From Octopus vulgaris (lineage: Eukaryota), in assembly GCA_951406725.2 (NCBI GenBank), contig OX597816.1, positions 70,804,001-70,868,000 of the forward strand: a stretch of 64,000 bases of DNA, given 5' to 3'. A program made the translations under genes and the position numbers. Below, piece after piece: positions 22,001 to 36,800 of this stretch (its first letter is position 1; each line of letters starts with the position of its first letter). The notes below the pieces were generated by a model, which saw nothing but the letters and a program-made list of their open reading frames with translations, made no database searches and was not told the origin of the DNA.

Positions 22001-25000
22001 GCTGGAAGGCTTCGTCAGGCCCAGTCAGATCTGGCAGTGTTTCTACGGCTGGATGCCCTTCCTAACGCCAACCACTCCGCGAGTGTAGTGGGTGTTTTTT
22101 ATGTGCCACCTGCACAGGTGCCAGACAGAGCTGGCGAACGGCCACGAACGGATGGTGCTTTTACGTGTCACTGGCACGGGGCCAGGCGATGCTGGCAATG
22201 GACACGAACGGATAGTGCTTTTACGTGCCACCGACACGGGGCCAGACAGAGCTGGCAAACGGCCACGAACGGATGGTGCTTTTACGTGTCACCGGCACGG
22301 GGGCCAGCCGAGGCTGGCAACGGATGGTGCTTTTACGTGCCACTGACACGGGGGCCAGGCAGAGCTGGCAAACGGCCACGAGCGAATGGTGCTTTTACGT
22401 ATCACCGGCACGGGTGCCAGACGAGGCTGACAGCGGACACGAACAGATGGGTCACTTAACCCCTGCTTTCTGATATATGATTTGATTTTGATTGTTCTCA
22501 CTGGTCTTGCCGGGTCTTCTCACGTGAGTACTGAAATGAATATCACAATGCATTTTATATGACACTCTGATAACTCTGCCATTATGTTCTGAGTTCAAAT
22601 TCCACCAAGGTCGACTTTGCCTTTCATCCTTTCAGGGTCGATTAAATAAGTATCATTTACACACTGGGGTTGATATAATCGACTTAATCCGTTTGTCTGT
22701 CCTTGTTTGTCCTCTCTGTATTTAGCCCCTTGTGGGTAGTAAAGAAATAGGTAGTAATCAAAGGAGTCCATAGGCAAAAAATGGTTGAGAACCACTTCTC
22801 TAGATAGTCCGATTATAGTTCATTTAGTGAATTATATCACTCATAGCCAAAATGGTGACCTCCCTTCAGTTAGGACCTTACTGAGCCAAAGAAAAAGCTG
22901 CTATGCAGTCCATCTCCCTCACTAACTAAATCTTCCTCAAGATGACTACTACAATTAATTTGGTTATTCATGATGTGTTTGGATTTTAAGTATAATACAC
23001 AAATGGTTATTTTGGTCTAATACTGCTTCTGTTACTCGTAACAGATTTTTAATTAAAGCAAATGAAATAGCTTGTGTGATAGTGACACTCTTCTACTATT
23101 AGGGTATCATGTCAAGACAAGGGGACAGTAACGAACACACACCTGCATATATATATATGTACAGACACACACACAATAGGCTTCTTTCAGTTTTCATCTA
23201 CCAGATCTACTCTCAAAGCTTTGGTCATCCCAGACCTATAGTAATAGTATATGACACTTGTCCAAGGTGACACATAGTGCGGCTGAATTCAAAATCATAT
23301 AGTTGAGAAGCAAGCTTCTTATTTCTTTCTTTATTGCACACAAGGGGCTAAACATAGAGGGGACAAACAAGAACAGAAAAAGGGATTAAGTCAACCCCCC
23401 CAGTGCTGGTACTTAATTTATCGACCCCGAAAGGATGAAAGGCAAAGTCGACCTCGGCAGAATTTGAACTCAGAACGTAACAGTAGACGAAATAATGCTA
23501 ATCATTTCGCCCGGCTTGCTAACGTTTCTGCCAGCTCGCCACCTTAGGAGTAGCTTCTTACCACACAGCTGCTCCTAATGGAGGTCAGTTATGGCTTGAA
23601 TCACTTTCATCTTCAGTGTACTATATCAGTACTGACCCGGGGCTAAACAACATGTCTGACAGCATTTATTCCCTGACCTATCATCACAGAATTCTTCAAA
23701 GCTTGCTCCCACCTAAAAGAATACGTTGGAATATTCAGTTCCTTGCATTCTTTAGTACTGCTCTAGAAATACAGGCCTTTATTTCCAAGGACTATTTTCA
23801 TTGAGAGAGAGCTTCATTCCCTCCTCATATGTTTATACTATGTTAACTGCTGTAATATTCCTTGTTTTTCTCAATAGAAACGAAATCAACTATATTAATT
23901 TTCTTAAAAGATCGTATTTTCCATATCAACCAATGTTCATTTAATTAACGATTTATCATTTATTAAATTGAGAATTATTGTTATTCATTAGAATAAAAAT
24001 TGAGTATATGCTTAGCAGAGAATATATATTTCTTTACTACCCACAAGGGGCTAAACACAGAGGGGACAAACAAGGACAGACAAACGGATTAAGTCGATCA
24101 TATCGACCCCACTGCGTAAATGGTACTTAATTTATCGACCCCGAAAGGATGAAAGGCAAAGTCAACCTCGGCGGAATTTGAACTCAGAACGTAACGGCGG
24201 TTTACCTGAGAATATAGAAAGACTAGAACAAAATGTTTTTATTTTTCATTCCCTTCGAAATTTTATCCCTAATATTTGTTTGGAATTTAACTGTCCTTTC
24301 TAGCGTGCATGGAATCCTATGATGGAATATCTCTTGTGTTTAAATGTACGCTGTATTTATATGAAAGACTAGAAAATGTAGAATTGTCTCCCATTAAAAT
24401 AACCTCAGTCATTGACTAACATATTCTCCTCGTTACGTGATTATTTCTGAGTTTTTAATTTTTCCTATTACTAAATATATTAACACCAACTTAATTATTG
24501 TTTTTCTTGAAGTTGGCATATTTAAATTATTTGACCTCTTAAGGGTTCTATTTTCATACACTATAAAACGAATAATATTCTATCAAAGATGATTGTATTA
24601 AGAAGTCTGCTATGAAACCATGTGGTTTCAAGTTTTATCTCAATGCTTGCCCTCTTGGACTATTGTCTTCTACTATAGTCCTGGCTGAACAATTACCATA
24701 TGAGTGGTTGTTTATTGATAGAAACTGTGAGGAAGTGTGTGACATCTATGTGTTTTTGTCTATCTTTATACATCTTGTCTTTGCTTGTCACGGCTTGACA
24801 ATTAGTGTTTACCTGGTTATGTCCCTTGAAACAGTCACCTTTTTTTTTTCCTGTTTTAACGTCTACTTTACCAAGCTAGCATGGGTTGCAGATTTTCTAC
24901 AGCTAGTCGCCCTTTCTGTTGCCAATCTTTACCTGTTTCCAAGCAAGGTAATATTTCCCCATGGTCAAACATGTTTTTGCGGAATATTAAAAACGAAATG

Positions 25001-26864
25001 CTTTAATTCTTAATAATCATGCAATGTGAACACATGGAGACACACACACACACGTGCGCGATGGGTTTCTTTCAGTTTCCATCTCCCAAATCCACTCACA
25101 AGGTTCTGATCAGATTGGAGTTAGGGTTAGAAGACACTCATCCATAGTTTTTCACGGAGTGGGATTGAACCTGGAACCATTTGTTTGGGAAGTAAACTTC
25201 TTAGCCACCCGGCTGCGTCTGCATCAGTGTTTTGGCAAAACAGAGAACTGATAAACTAATTACCAAATTTAAAAAGAAAATAAACCAAAACAAAGTACCA
25301 GGATTGATTTGATCAACTGAACTTGTCAAGGTAGTGCCCCAATATGGCCACAGACTGAAACTAACAAAGAGCGATTTGTTCATTACTGCTCCTGTCTTTT
25401 TAAACTGAAGAGGTCAGAATAACATTAGAACACGTCTTACCAATAATTACCAAAAATTTTTTTTCTAATTAGCCATTGACCAATATTTTTTTCTCTCATT
25501 GTTTATTTATTTCCAGTTGTCTTAAACATGTTAGCACTAACTTAACCATTCTGTTAACACTTTTACAGTCTTTGTGCAATTTTGCACCATGTAGAGCACA
25601 ATTATTGGTGTTGTTTAGTGTCTGCTCAGCCCTAGTATAGCAGACCTACAACTGAAGACATTCCAGCCATGTCTTTTTAATGGTATATAGCTCTACGTAA
25701 TTCAATGTGTCCTTTATTTAAGATAGTAATGTCTGTTTTGAAGGTGCACGACTCAGTGGATAGAGCATTGAGCTTACGATCGTGAGGTTGTGAGCTCGAT
25801 TCCCAGACCAGGCTGCATGTTGTGTTCTTGATCAAGACACTTTATTTCACATTGCCCCAGTTCACTCAGCTGTAGAAATGAGTTGCGACGTCACTGGTGC
25901 CAAGCTGTATCGGCCCCTTTGCCTTTCCCTGGGATAACATCAGTAGCATGGAGAGGGGAAGCTGGTATGCATGGGCGACTGCAGGGGAAACACATAGGTA
26001 ATTGTAATATGCTGTATATAACTGTAAAATAAAAATAGTGGATGTACAAGTCTCCATACTCATTATTATTATTATTATTATTATTCATTTAACGTCCACT
26101 TTCTGGGTTGGACGATTTGACTGAGGTCTGGCGAACCAGACTCCAATCTGATCTAGCAGTGTTTCTACAGCTGGATGCCCTTCCTAATGCCAACCACTCT
26201 GAGAGTGTAGTGGGTGCTTTTACATGTCACCGGTGCGAGTCCCAGTTTGGTGGTACTGGCAATGGCCACACCCAAATGGTGCTTTTTACTTGCCACCTGC
26301 ACAGGAGCCAGTCCAGCAGCACTGGCGACGACATCGCTCGAATATTTCACGTGCCACTAGCACAAGTGCTAGTAATGCGGTAATGATATTATTATTATTG
26401 TTATTATTATTATAACTCTGAGGAACTTTACATTCCTGAGTAGGACACTCTGAATTACCCAATGAGAGAACTTACTGGTGACTAACAATTCATTGCAAGC
26501 ATTGGCATTGGATACTGACCATTGTGGTTAGCCAACATCTGGAACCAGAGTATCTACTTGGATAATATAAATATGTTCCTACAAACTCACTTTTAATATA
26601 TATAGGCATACTCTCTCAGGTATACATACATAGATGTGCTGGCACATACATGTACTCTTTTACTCTCTTTTACTTGTTTCAGTCATTTGACTGTGGCCAT
26701 GCTGGAGCACCGCCTTTAGTCGAGCAAATTGACCCCAGGACTTACTCTTTCTAAGCCTAGTACTTATTCTATTAGTCTCTTTTGCCGAACTACTAAGTTA
26801 CGGGGATGTAAACACACCAGCATCGGTTGTCAAGTGATGTTGGGGGGGACAAACACACACACAC

Positions 26865-26914
<50 letters not shown>

Positions 26915-27214
26915 GACAGGCTTCTTTCAGTTTCTGTCTACCAAATCCACTCACAAGGTTTTGGTTGGCCCAAGGCGATGGTAGAAGACACTTGCCCAAG
27001 GTGCCACGTAGTGGGACTGAACCCGGAACCATGTGGTTGGTAAGCTAGCTACTTACCATACAGCCACTCCTATGCCTATACTAACATAGTCACAGGCATT
27101 TGTGCATATTTCCATGTGCACATACATCTATAGGTGCCGTTGTAGATGTAGACATTCTTGTAAAACAATCATGCATATACATATAGGGATACATATGCAT
27201 AAATGATATTCAGG

Positions 27215-27248
<34 letters not shown>

Positions 27249-30200
27249 AGTGCATAGACATAGATGTATATGTTAAATGAGATATAGCAACTGAGATGAA
27301 ACTTGGTTACTAAAGTGTATGATTTGTAAACATTTTTCTCTTTTTTTTTTTCTGTCAATAGAATCAGTGGTTCAAAACCTGAGGTGATTTTTACATTGGG
27401 TGAGGCTCTCTCTCGCCCTGAAGCTCCACAAAGAACAGATGATCCTGCAGGATTGGGAGTTCCCAAAGAGCACAAGTTTGTACTTACCGCTATAGGAAAT
27501 CAAAATCTTGTTGTTGTATCGCAGACACCAACTGCCGGTGAGTATTGTTACATTAGTGTTGTTTAATCCCACTTCTGGGTCACCTCACTCCTGATTCAGT
27601 AGATATTTGGTTGTTGGTGTTCTGGTAGTGGCCATCCCATCGATTTTCAGAAGTTGTTTATTTAGGATCAAATTAACTGTATCATTCAATTTTTTTTCTT
27701 TTTTTTTTTGTGACTGTAAGATGAGATGTGATTTTAGTAAAATTTTGCTGCTATTTCTGGAAGATTGAACAACCACATAGAGTCTCTTTCTGTTGGATTA
27801 TATTCCTAGTCATCATCATCATCATCATTTAACATCCATTTTCCATGCTGGTATGAGTTGGGCAGTTTGACAGGATCCAGGGAGCTGTGCTGAGCTCCAA
27901 TGTCAGGGGAAACAAGATTAAAACTAAGCAACCATGTAAACATGTATAGATTACAAATTAAAGATTCTATGTAATAAACATGTAGACATTTGTGCAAAAA
28001 AACAAAAAATTAAAATATTCTTCTAAAATGATCAGAATGATCAAATATGAAAGGCAAAAGAATACTTTATAGGAATTCTAAATCTGAAAATAAACCAGAA
28101 ATAGTTAACACTATTATTAAAAACAGCTTCCTCTATACACATTAGCGCAGAACACGTGTTTGGAAAGTTGAACAATACCAAGTACTTAAATACGAAATAC
28201 ACACTACACACAAAATAATATGCACGAGACACAAATTTCTGTCACAAAGGCTGACGACATTCAGTCACGTAAAAAATAAGTTTCTTTTTCAAGCAGTTAA
28301 TAATTTGCAAAAAAAAATCTTTTTTAATTATAGTGACATTATCTAGTATTTTTTATAGAAGCTCCTAAAAATATGTGTGTATATGATGAGCTTCTCTGAG
28401 GTTCCATCTCACAGCGTCATTCACAAAACTTGACCCATGGCCTTAGTAAACACTTAGCTAAGGTGCTGTGCAGTGGGACTGAACCTGAAACCATCTAACT
28501 GAGAAGCAAACTTTTTACCACACAGCATGCTTTTGCTTTGAATATAGTAATGTATGTAGTATAGAAAAACTGCTTGAAGATGAATTTGAAGATAAGATTA
28601 GTCAAGATATTCCATTTTCAAGCCTACTTGGAAAGATAGATCTGGTTTCATAGCAGCATTATAAAAATGCATTACTGTTGACAAGGTACTAAGAGAGCCT
28701 TTATAATGGTCATTCAAATTTTTTTCATATGAGTTAGTGAAAGGAGGAAAAACAGCATCCATGGGCCTTTCATCACTACCTGGGCAAGTCTAGTGAGGGT
28801 TACACCTTGTTGAGGTCAGAAGATAAGGTCTAAACTTCTCCGAAACTATTGCCAATATTTACCAAACAAATAAATAAAAAAAAAATCATTGAATTATTGA
28901 CTGTTGTTGTCATCAGAATGCAGACTTGATCCATATGCTTGCATCAGAGTGGGATATGTTAAAGGCATTTTAGGTCCAAGCAGTGGACCTTACATGCCTA
29001 CATATTTTAGACTTCTCAAGAACAAGAACTGACTCTGATGGGCTTCTATACAGTTTCTGTCCACCAAAGGTCACTTAGAAGAATTTTGTCTACGTAAGCT
29101 TTTGTTGGAGACAGTTTCCTCAGGTTAAAGTCAAATATATTCCAGAATGAAACTGTGTTACCAAGGGGTTTTAATGTAAACAATCTTATTATTGTAAATG
29201 ACCATATCACGTACATTATATAAGTTGATTTCTTTCTGTATATTATGCAGCCATAATAGCTCTGAGATTAAACTTCAGCACAGTCAGTGTGTTGTTAAGA
29301 ATCAAGTCAGTCTCATTATGTAGACATAACGATATTTCATCTGTGACTAGTCTGTCTTTTCTGCTAAACATAGTTTGTGTAAGACTGCATTATTATCCAA
29401 CATGTCCTTCATTTTTCAGACAGCAGGTATGAGTTGAAGGAAATTTTGCTGGGTCTAATTTTTTTTTATTTTCTAGCAGCAAGAACAGCCATGTAATCAC
29501 TCATTTGTTAGCTCATGTAACGTTTCTTTCTTTGCTGTTGTTGATGTATTATTAACCCCTTAATGGATTATCCCAAATTTACTTGTGCATCACAAATGTA
29601 TCTTTTTAGAACCAGACGAGTATATCTGGTCAAAATTAACTTTTAATTTTAGCACTCAAATGAGTTTATTTGTTTTGTGTCGTTTCATTTTTGAGCAATC
29701 ACGAATTTACTTGCGTTGCCGTACGCCTGGCAGCACATATTCTGGTGCCATTTCAAAGAATTTATGCTTCCAAGTTTTGAACTTTTACTTCAGTGCATGC
29801 ACAGATTCAGGAGGAGGTTGATGTCATTTTAGAACCATCTCGTTTTGATTCTCTATTATTTATACAAATAAGAGAATTATTTATGCATCAATCCCATATC
29901 CAACAGGATTTGCCCCAGCTTGTCACTTTCTCATGGAAATACCACCAAGTGATAAGAAAAAGAACCCTACAAGACGGTGTGCAAAATGCACAAGGAAAGA
30001 CGCTAAAGGAAAGAAGACTCGAAGAGAAAGCAGATACATGTGTGATGTCTGCAAGATAACTTTGTGTGTAACTCCTTGTTTTCAAAAAATTATCATTCTA
30101 AATAAACTGTCTATCTCGTTTTTAAAAAAATTTCCTTTGATTTAAAAGCAATACATCTTATAAAAAAATCGAAGATAGTTAAGTTACATGTATTTTTTTA

Positions 30201-30792
30201 AATATCCAAGTTAACTCGTTTAAATCCAAATGAGTGAAAGTACTTTTTAATTTCTATAATAAAAAATAAAGGAAACAAGATAAAAAATATTTTTTTTATA
30301 ATTAGCACAGTGTAGATAATTAAAAAAGGAAATAAAAAAAATATGCTTTGAAATGAAACGCCACATCAAAATAATTGATCCATTAAGGGGTTAATTAATG
30401 TCTTGTTAGTAGTAAGGGAGAATACATCTTGTTGTAAAAGCAATTTATGTAACAATAATATGCAAATATACAAAGTTGCAGACACCTTTCTAATCAAGCT
30501 TTCTAATTAGCAGAAGACGTAAAAGAATATAAATCTAAATGTTATTGTTTCGGAATATCAAATTGTAATATTGCTTTGTTTTATCTCTTTCAGATGTTGA
30601 ATTAGGTACCACTGGTGAGTAAAATTTTTCTCCAGTCATCTCATCATAGCTTTGAAGAATTCATGTGTGTGTGCATGCGTGTATGTGTGTGTGCATGCGT
30701 GTATGTGTGTGTGCATGTATGTGTACATACGTATGTGTGTGTGTATGCATATATTTTTTGATGTATGTATGGAAAATGGACATTAAGGCGTG

Positions 30793-30829
<37 letters not shown>

Positions 30830-33800
30830 GTTTCAGTTTCCATTTACTAAACAAACTGTTGAGGCTTTGGTCAGTCCTGAGCACAATGGGACTGAACACG
30901 AGACTAATATCATCATCATCATCATTTAATGTCTGCCTTCCATGCTAGCATGATGCTGATTAAGAATAAGAACACAATACATCAAATATTTATATTTTAT
31001 TAAACTGAATCTTCCTGTCTCATTGCTCAGACAATTGAAGGACAGATGCATTATAAAAATAAATGAGAGAAAACAATTGCAACCACATTGAAATATGATT
31101 AATCAGCAGTACATCATGATTTGATTTTTAAAAAATGCCTTTGCCAATTCATTGCTATATGCAGAGCATGTGATACTTCTCTCTATTTGTATGTGAAAGC
31201 AGATTTTTCAGTCCTCAGTACTCATAAACAAAAGTAGTTGCACTCATTTATAAAATTTTTTGTTGATGAATAAATGATTAATTTTTTCTTTAAATTGAAG
31301 ATCATAACAATAATTTTCTTGCTAACATAACAAAATTGTGAAATAGAGTTGGTAAAAATATTTTAGAGTCCATCATGTATTTAATTAAATATGCCACTTA
31401 TCTGTTACAGAATAAAAGTTTATCTATCATCAAACATGTAGATAATAAGTAAAGTACCTTTGTAAATTTATATAGTAGAATTCTATCCATCTGTTACTAA
31501 ATCTCTTATTGAAAAAGCCTTAAAATTCAGAAGAGGTTTTAATTCAATTAGTGATTGAGGTGGTGAAGCATGACCGTTAAATATTGAGCCTCATGGAGGT
31601 GCTGACTAGCGACCGAGACCTTTGGCGATATGCTGTGCTTTAGAAGACTCATCAAGCCAAGTGAAATCGTAGTTGTGACCGATGCTGGTGGCACATAAGA
31701 GCACCCATGCTGATGTCTCATAAAAGGCACCCATTACACTCTTGGAGTAAGAAAGGCATCCAGCCATAGAAACCATGTCAAATCAGAGTGGAACTTGATG
31801 CAGCTCTCTGGTTTACCAGTTCCAGTTAAACCATCTAACCCATGCCTGCATGGAAAGCAGATACTAAATGATAATGATGATGAGGATTCTTAGTTATTTA
31901 TGCCCTTTGCTCTCTATGAAGCATTGGCCAATGATAAATTTTTTCCACTTTGTTCAACTCTGGGCTATCCTTTCCTAGGTTTTGTTGCTTTAGAATTGTC
32001 ATTGATGCTTCTTTTCTAGGTAGGAGTGTTAGCTGTACACAAACCTATCATTATGCCAGGGAAGAGGTGGTCCTTATTAGCTTTGTCTATCTTTTGACCT
32101 TCCTGCATGGCAGGCACTACTGGTAACTTGCACCATCTGGGTCATTGAAGCACATAGCCAACACACTCCAACAAGGACTGGACCTTTGTGGTCAATTAAT
32201 GATTCAGATATGAGACCTTTGCTATGTTATGATAATTCTTTTGAAATTAAATGTAGTAGTCAGATATGGCCTGATGTTGCCATGGGATTATATGATAGGA
32301 CCTCATCAGCTATTATTCCACCTCACCAGTGCTGGTGTCATGTAAAAAGCCCCCAGATCACTATGTAAAGTGGTTGGCATTAGGGAGGGCGTTCAGCTGC
32401 AAGATCTATGCCAAACAGACCTCACCAGTACTGGTGCAGTCCTCTGGCTTGTGAGCTCCTATCAAACTGTCGAACCTTTGCCAGCATGGAAAATGGATGT
32501 TAACGATAGATGCTTGTGAATTATCATCATCGTTGTCGTTTAAAGTCTGCTTTCCATGCTAGCATGGGTTGGACGATTTTGACTGAGGGCTGGCGAACCA
32601 GATGGCTGCACCAGGCTCCAATCTTGGTTTGGCAGAGGTTCTACAGCTGCATGGCCTTGCTAACTCCAACCACTCCGAGAATGTAGTGGGTGCTTTTTAT
32701 GTGCCACCGGCACAGGGGCCGGTCAGGCAGTATTGGCAATGACCTCACATGAATCTTTTTACACATGCCACCAGCACAGGTGCCAGTAAGGCGATGTTGG
32801 TAACAATCGGTGACGTTGGTAAAGTATATACATCTTAGACGTACTTTTTGGAAAGATTCTGCTCTGCAGAGTACAGTTTTTTAGCTTGATGAACCGGCCA
32901 TCATCAGGTGGTATCATTATTACTTCTTTACAAATTAAGTTCCCCAATTTGAATTCGGTATGGAAGTATTTGTAGATCCACGAATAGGATGCATGATGAT
33001 GATCAAAAGTGTAGATATGTATGCTTGAATATTAGGCCAAATGAAAATATCAGAAATGGGTCAGCTGCTGAAACGGGCATGGTTATCATCATCATCATCA
33101 TCGTTTAACGTCCGTTCTCCATGCTAGCATGGGTTGGACGGTTCGACCGGGGATCTGGGAAGCCAGAAGGCTGCACCAGGCTCCAGTCTTATCTGGCAAT
33201 GTTTCTACATTGTAGTTAAGAAGGTTATGTAGTTAAGAAGGTTGCTTTGCAACTCTGTAGTTTCAGGTTCAGTCCCATTGTCCCTTTGTGAATGAGTTTG
33301 GTAGGTAGAAAGTGTATGGAAGCCGTGTTGTGTGTTTGTGTTTGTCCCCTCTCCGCTGCATGACAACTGGTGTTGGGTTGGGTTGCTTACACATCAATTT
33401 GGCTAAACAAACGAATAGGACATAATTTACAATGGACGGATAGGTGATAACAGCAAACAAGATGAGGATACCCATCCATCCATCGTAAATCATCATCATC
33501 ATTTAACGTCCACTTTCCATGCTAGCATGGGTTGTACAATTTGGTGAACCAGACTCCAATCTGATCTGGCAGAGTTTCTACAGCTGAATGCTCTTCCTAA
33601 CGCCGACCACACCGTGAGTGTAGTGGGTGCTTTTACGTGCCACCGGTACGAGGGCCAGTTTGGTGATACTGGCAACGGCCACGCCCAAATGGTGCTTTTT
33701 TATGTGTCACCTGCACAGGAGCCAGTCCAGCGGCACTGGTGACGACCTCGGTACATAATTCCTCATCCCAAAAATATAGAATAGTAAACGAATAGCATAA

Positions 33801-36800
33801 GTACCAAACATTTCGAAACAAGTACTGGTGTCGATTTGTTCGACATAACCCTTCAAAATGTGCCCCAGTCATTCTAATGTTTGAAATAGATAAAATTTAA
33901 AAATTACCAACTCATCTTTCATATTTTCACATTTTAATCAAGTCTGCGAATTCTTCTTCCCGTTGAAAGTAATTTCCCACTAAGAACCTTTTTAACATAA
34001 TCATACAAAGCCATTATGTATGAAGATATGCACGAAGTTGTGGTGGTCATACTTCTTCCTAAAGCATCAATGAAATAGCTGAAGTGAAACGAACTTTTAA
34101 CTTCGGATGACAGGTGTTATTTTTTATTTTTTTAATGTAATCGTATGTCAAGGGAGATAACTCTTCACTACAGCGATTTGTTATAACACTACGACGGAGA
34201 AAATACTGAATGGAATAGTTTGACTTTTATCGAAAGGGTTGATAAAATGTATCGATGAAGAGCCGTTGAACGATATGAACGTTGGAATGGATGCATCGCA
34301 GTATTTGCGTTTTGAGTTCAAATTCAACCTCACCCCACGTGAGTGGTAGATTTCATTAGTTATCTGGTGTAACACTTCCACCTTATGGCTTCAACGCCTT
34401 TAGTGGATGGAATCTACTGTGCTGGAAGCATACGAGCCAGGTTTTCAGGTTTCCTTACCACCAACCAGTCCTGTTGGTTTTTTAAACGGGTCATGGACGA
34501 TGCCTTCTTCCCTGATTAAAAGAGACAATATAAAAAAGTTAAATACAAATACAGAAGGATTTCATATAAATATTGTGAATGAAAGCTCATCATCATCATC
34601 ATCGTTTAACGTCTGACGTCCATGCTAGCATGGGTTAGACGGTTTCACTTGAGGAAAGCTCCTGTTAATCAAAATTATCTACACAATTTATTGGGAAAAC
34701 CTTCCTCTAGGAATGTTTAAAAGCTAAAAGCAACAAACAAGAGAGACAACTCCGATATCAATCGGATAAAATTTTAGGGTAGTTGAGATTGGAGTGGATC
34801 TGATCCTTAAAACGAACTGGTGAAAACAGTGGCTATGTTTCTGTCTTATTAGACCTTTTCAATGAAGCTTATATGTGTGTGTATAGTGGTGTAGGCATGC
34901 CTGTGTGGTGTGGTTGCAACTACTTTGTTTTTGGTATCATCCCACTGCATGGTATCTTGGTTAAGTGTCTTCCTCTAGCTGGTTCCATACTGACCAATGC
35001 CTTATGAGTGAATTTGGTTGACTGGTATTGCAGGAAGCTTGTCAAAATATATACCATTGTCATCATCATCATATGTCTGTTTTCCATGATGCCATGGGTT
35101 GGACAGTTTCACAGGACATGAGTTGGCAATTATTTACATTAATTACATTCGGCGGATATTTGTCCTCATCTTGTTTGTTGTTAACACAGAGGCTGGAGGG
35201 TATATCAGCCGAAACGTGTTAACAACAAACAAAATGAGGACAAATATCTGTCGAATGTAAATAATATACATAGTTCCTCATCTCTTAAATATAGAACTGT
35301 ATGAGTTAGCAAGTCTAAAGACTGCGCCAAGCTTTGCTCATTGCTTGGCATGCTTTTTACGGCTCGATGCCCTTTCTAATGCCAACCATTTTACAGAGTG
35401 TCCTGGGTACTTTTTATGTGGCACCAGCAACAGTGAAATCATTAAATTTACAAGGCAAGACCCCTTCAGTGAATGAGGGAGTAGTACTAAGGGAGGTGAT
35501 TTTGTGCCAGAGGAGAGGAGTATGAGTAGAAGGAACAGAAAGAGACATTTTGCAATGAAGAAGATACATGGCTATTTCAGTAGGATAGAGATGAGGGACA
35601 TGTACATAAGTGGAACCAAGGATTGGATGGGGTGAGCAAGTGGGTAAGTATGCAAGATTGGGAGGTGGAAGACTAGGTTTGTTAGGAGGATATGTTGTGG
35701 GGACAAGATCTAAAAGGAGAGATTGGGAGTTGAAGGAGAGAGGAATACAGTAGATGGTGAGTGCCAGCATGGAGAATGGGCAGTAAATGATGATGATCAT
35801 GAGGGGGTTAAAAGTATGAGAGGAGGTGGAAGAGCAGGTTCTTGTAGAAAAGTTGTATGGCTTCTCACATTTAGTAAGGAAAGGACAGAATGACGAGTAA
35901 GAGCTGTAAAGAGATAGTGGCAATGAGATGTCCAGCTGGCCCCTCAACGCATGAGGCGAATAGAATTGGGTGGAGGTGGGATTGCAAGATTGTGTGAGGA
36001 TGGAGAGGCAGCCTGCAATTATAAAAATTAGGTGGTGTTGAAAGGTGATGAGTCATGAGTTGGGGAAGATAGAGGGATGCAGAAGAGGGTCGGGGAACGG
36101 CATGACAGTAATGATGAAACAGTTGCTAGGGAGAGGGTGAGTGAGAGAGATGACAAGGTCAGGTAGGCTGCAGGAACAGCAGGGTGGGGTAAACATAGTG
36201 CATGACGAGAGAGATAGTTTGGTTTAGTAATGGAGGATGATCTTTCAATTCCTGTCTACTGAATCCCGGGGCTGAGTAGTATGATCAAAAGGGCAAATTG
36301 TTGTTGTTGTTCAGTTTTAGGCCATCTCTGATTGAGCAGGCCTGTCCTCAAAGTCACTCCAGTAGTGACCATTTTTTTTTTTCAGACATTATATGTGGGA
36401 ATATATTATCCAAAGTTTCCATCGTTTTGTTTTTGTTTTTAAAGCAAAAGTGTTAATAGCAAAAGTTGCTATTTCTATATGCTCTCCTTTGGCATCAGCT
36501 AGTTGGACATGATTGCTAAGTTCAGTTGGAAACCAACCATTGCCAACAAATTCTAATATATTCTGAAGGCGCAGGCATGGGTGTGTGATTCAGAAGTTCT
36601 TCTCGGCCACATTTCAACCACAGGTTCAGTCCCAATGTATGGCACTTTGAGCAAGTGTCATCTCCTATAGCCCTAGGCCAACCAAAGCCTTGAAAGTGGA
36701 TTTGGCAGATGAAAACTGAAAGAAGCCTATCATGTGCGTGTGTTGTATCTCTTTGTCTTTAAATTGCATGATTGTTGTAAATGGTTACCACTGACGTATG

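Noticed and set aside
32861-32912. CUGAUGA with a short stem on the minus strand
   Set aside because: No GAAA and no stem I partner; could be chance or a fully decayed motif.
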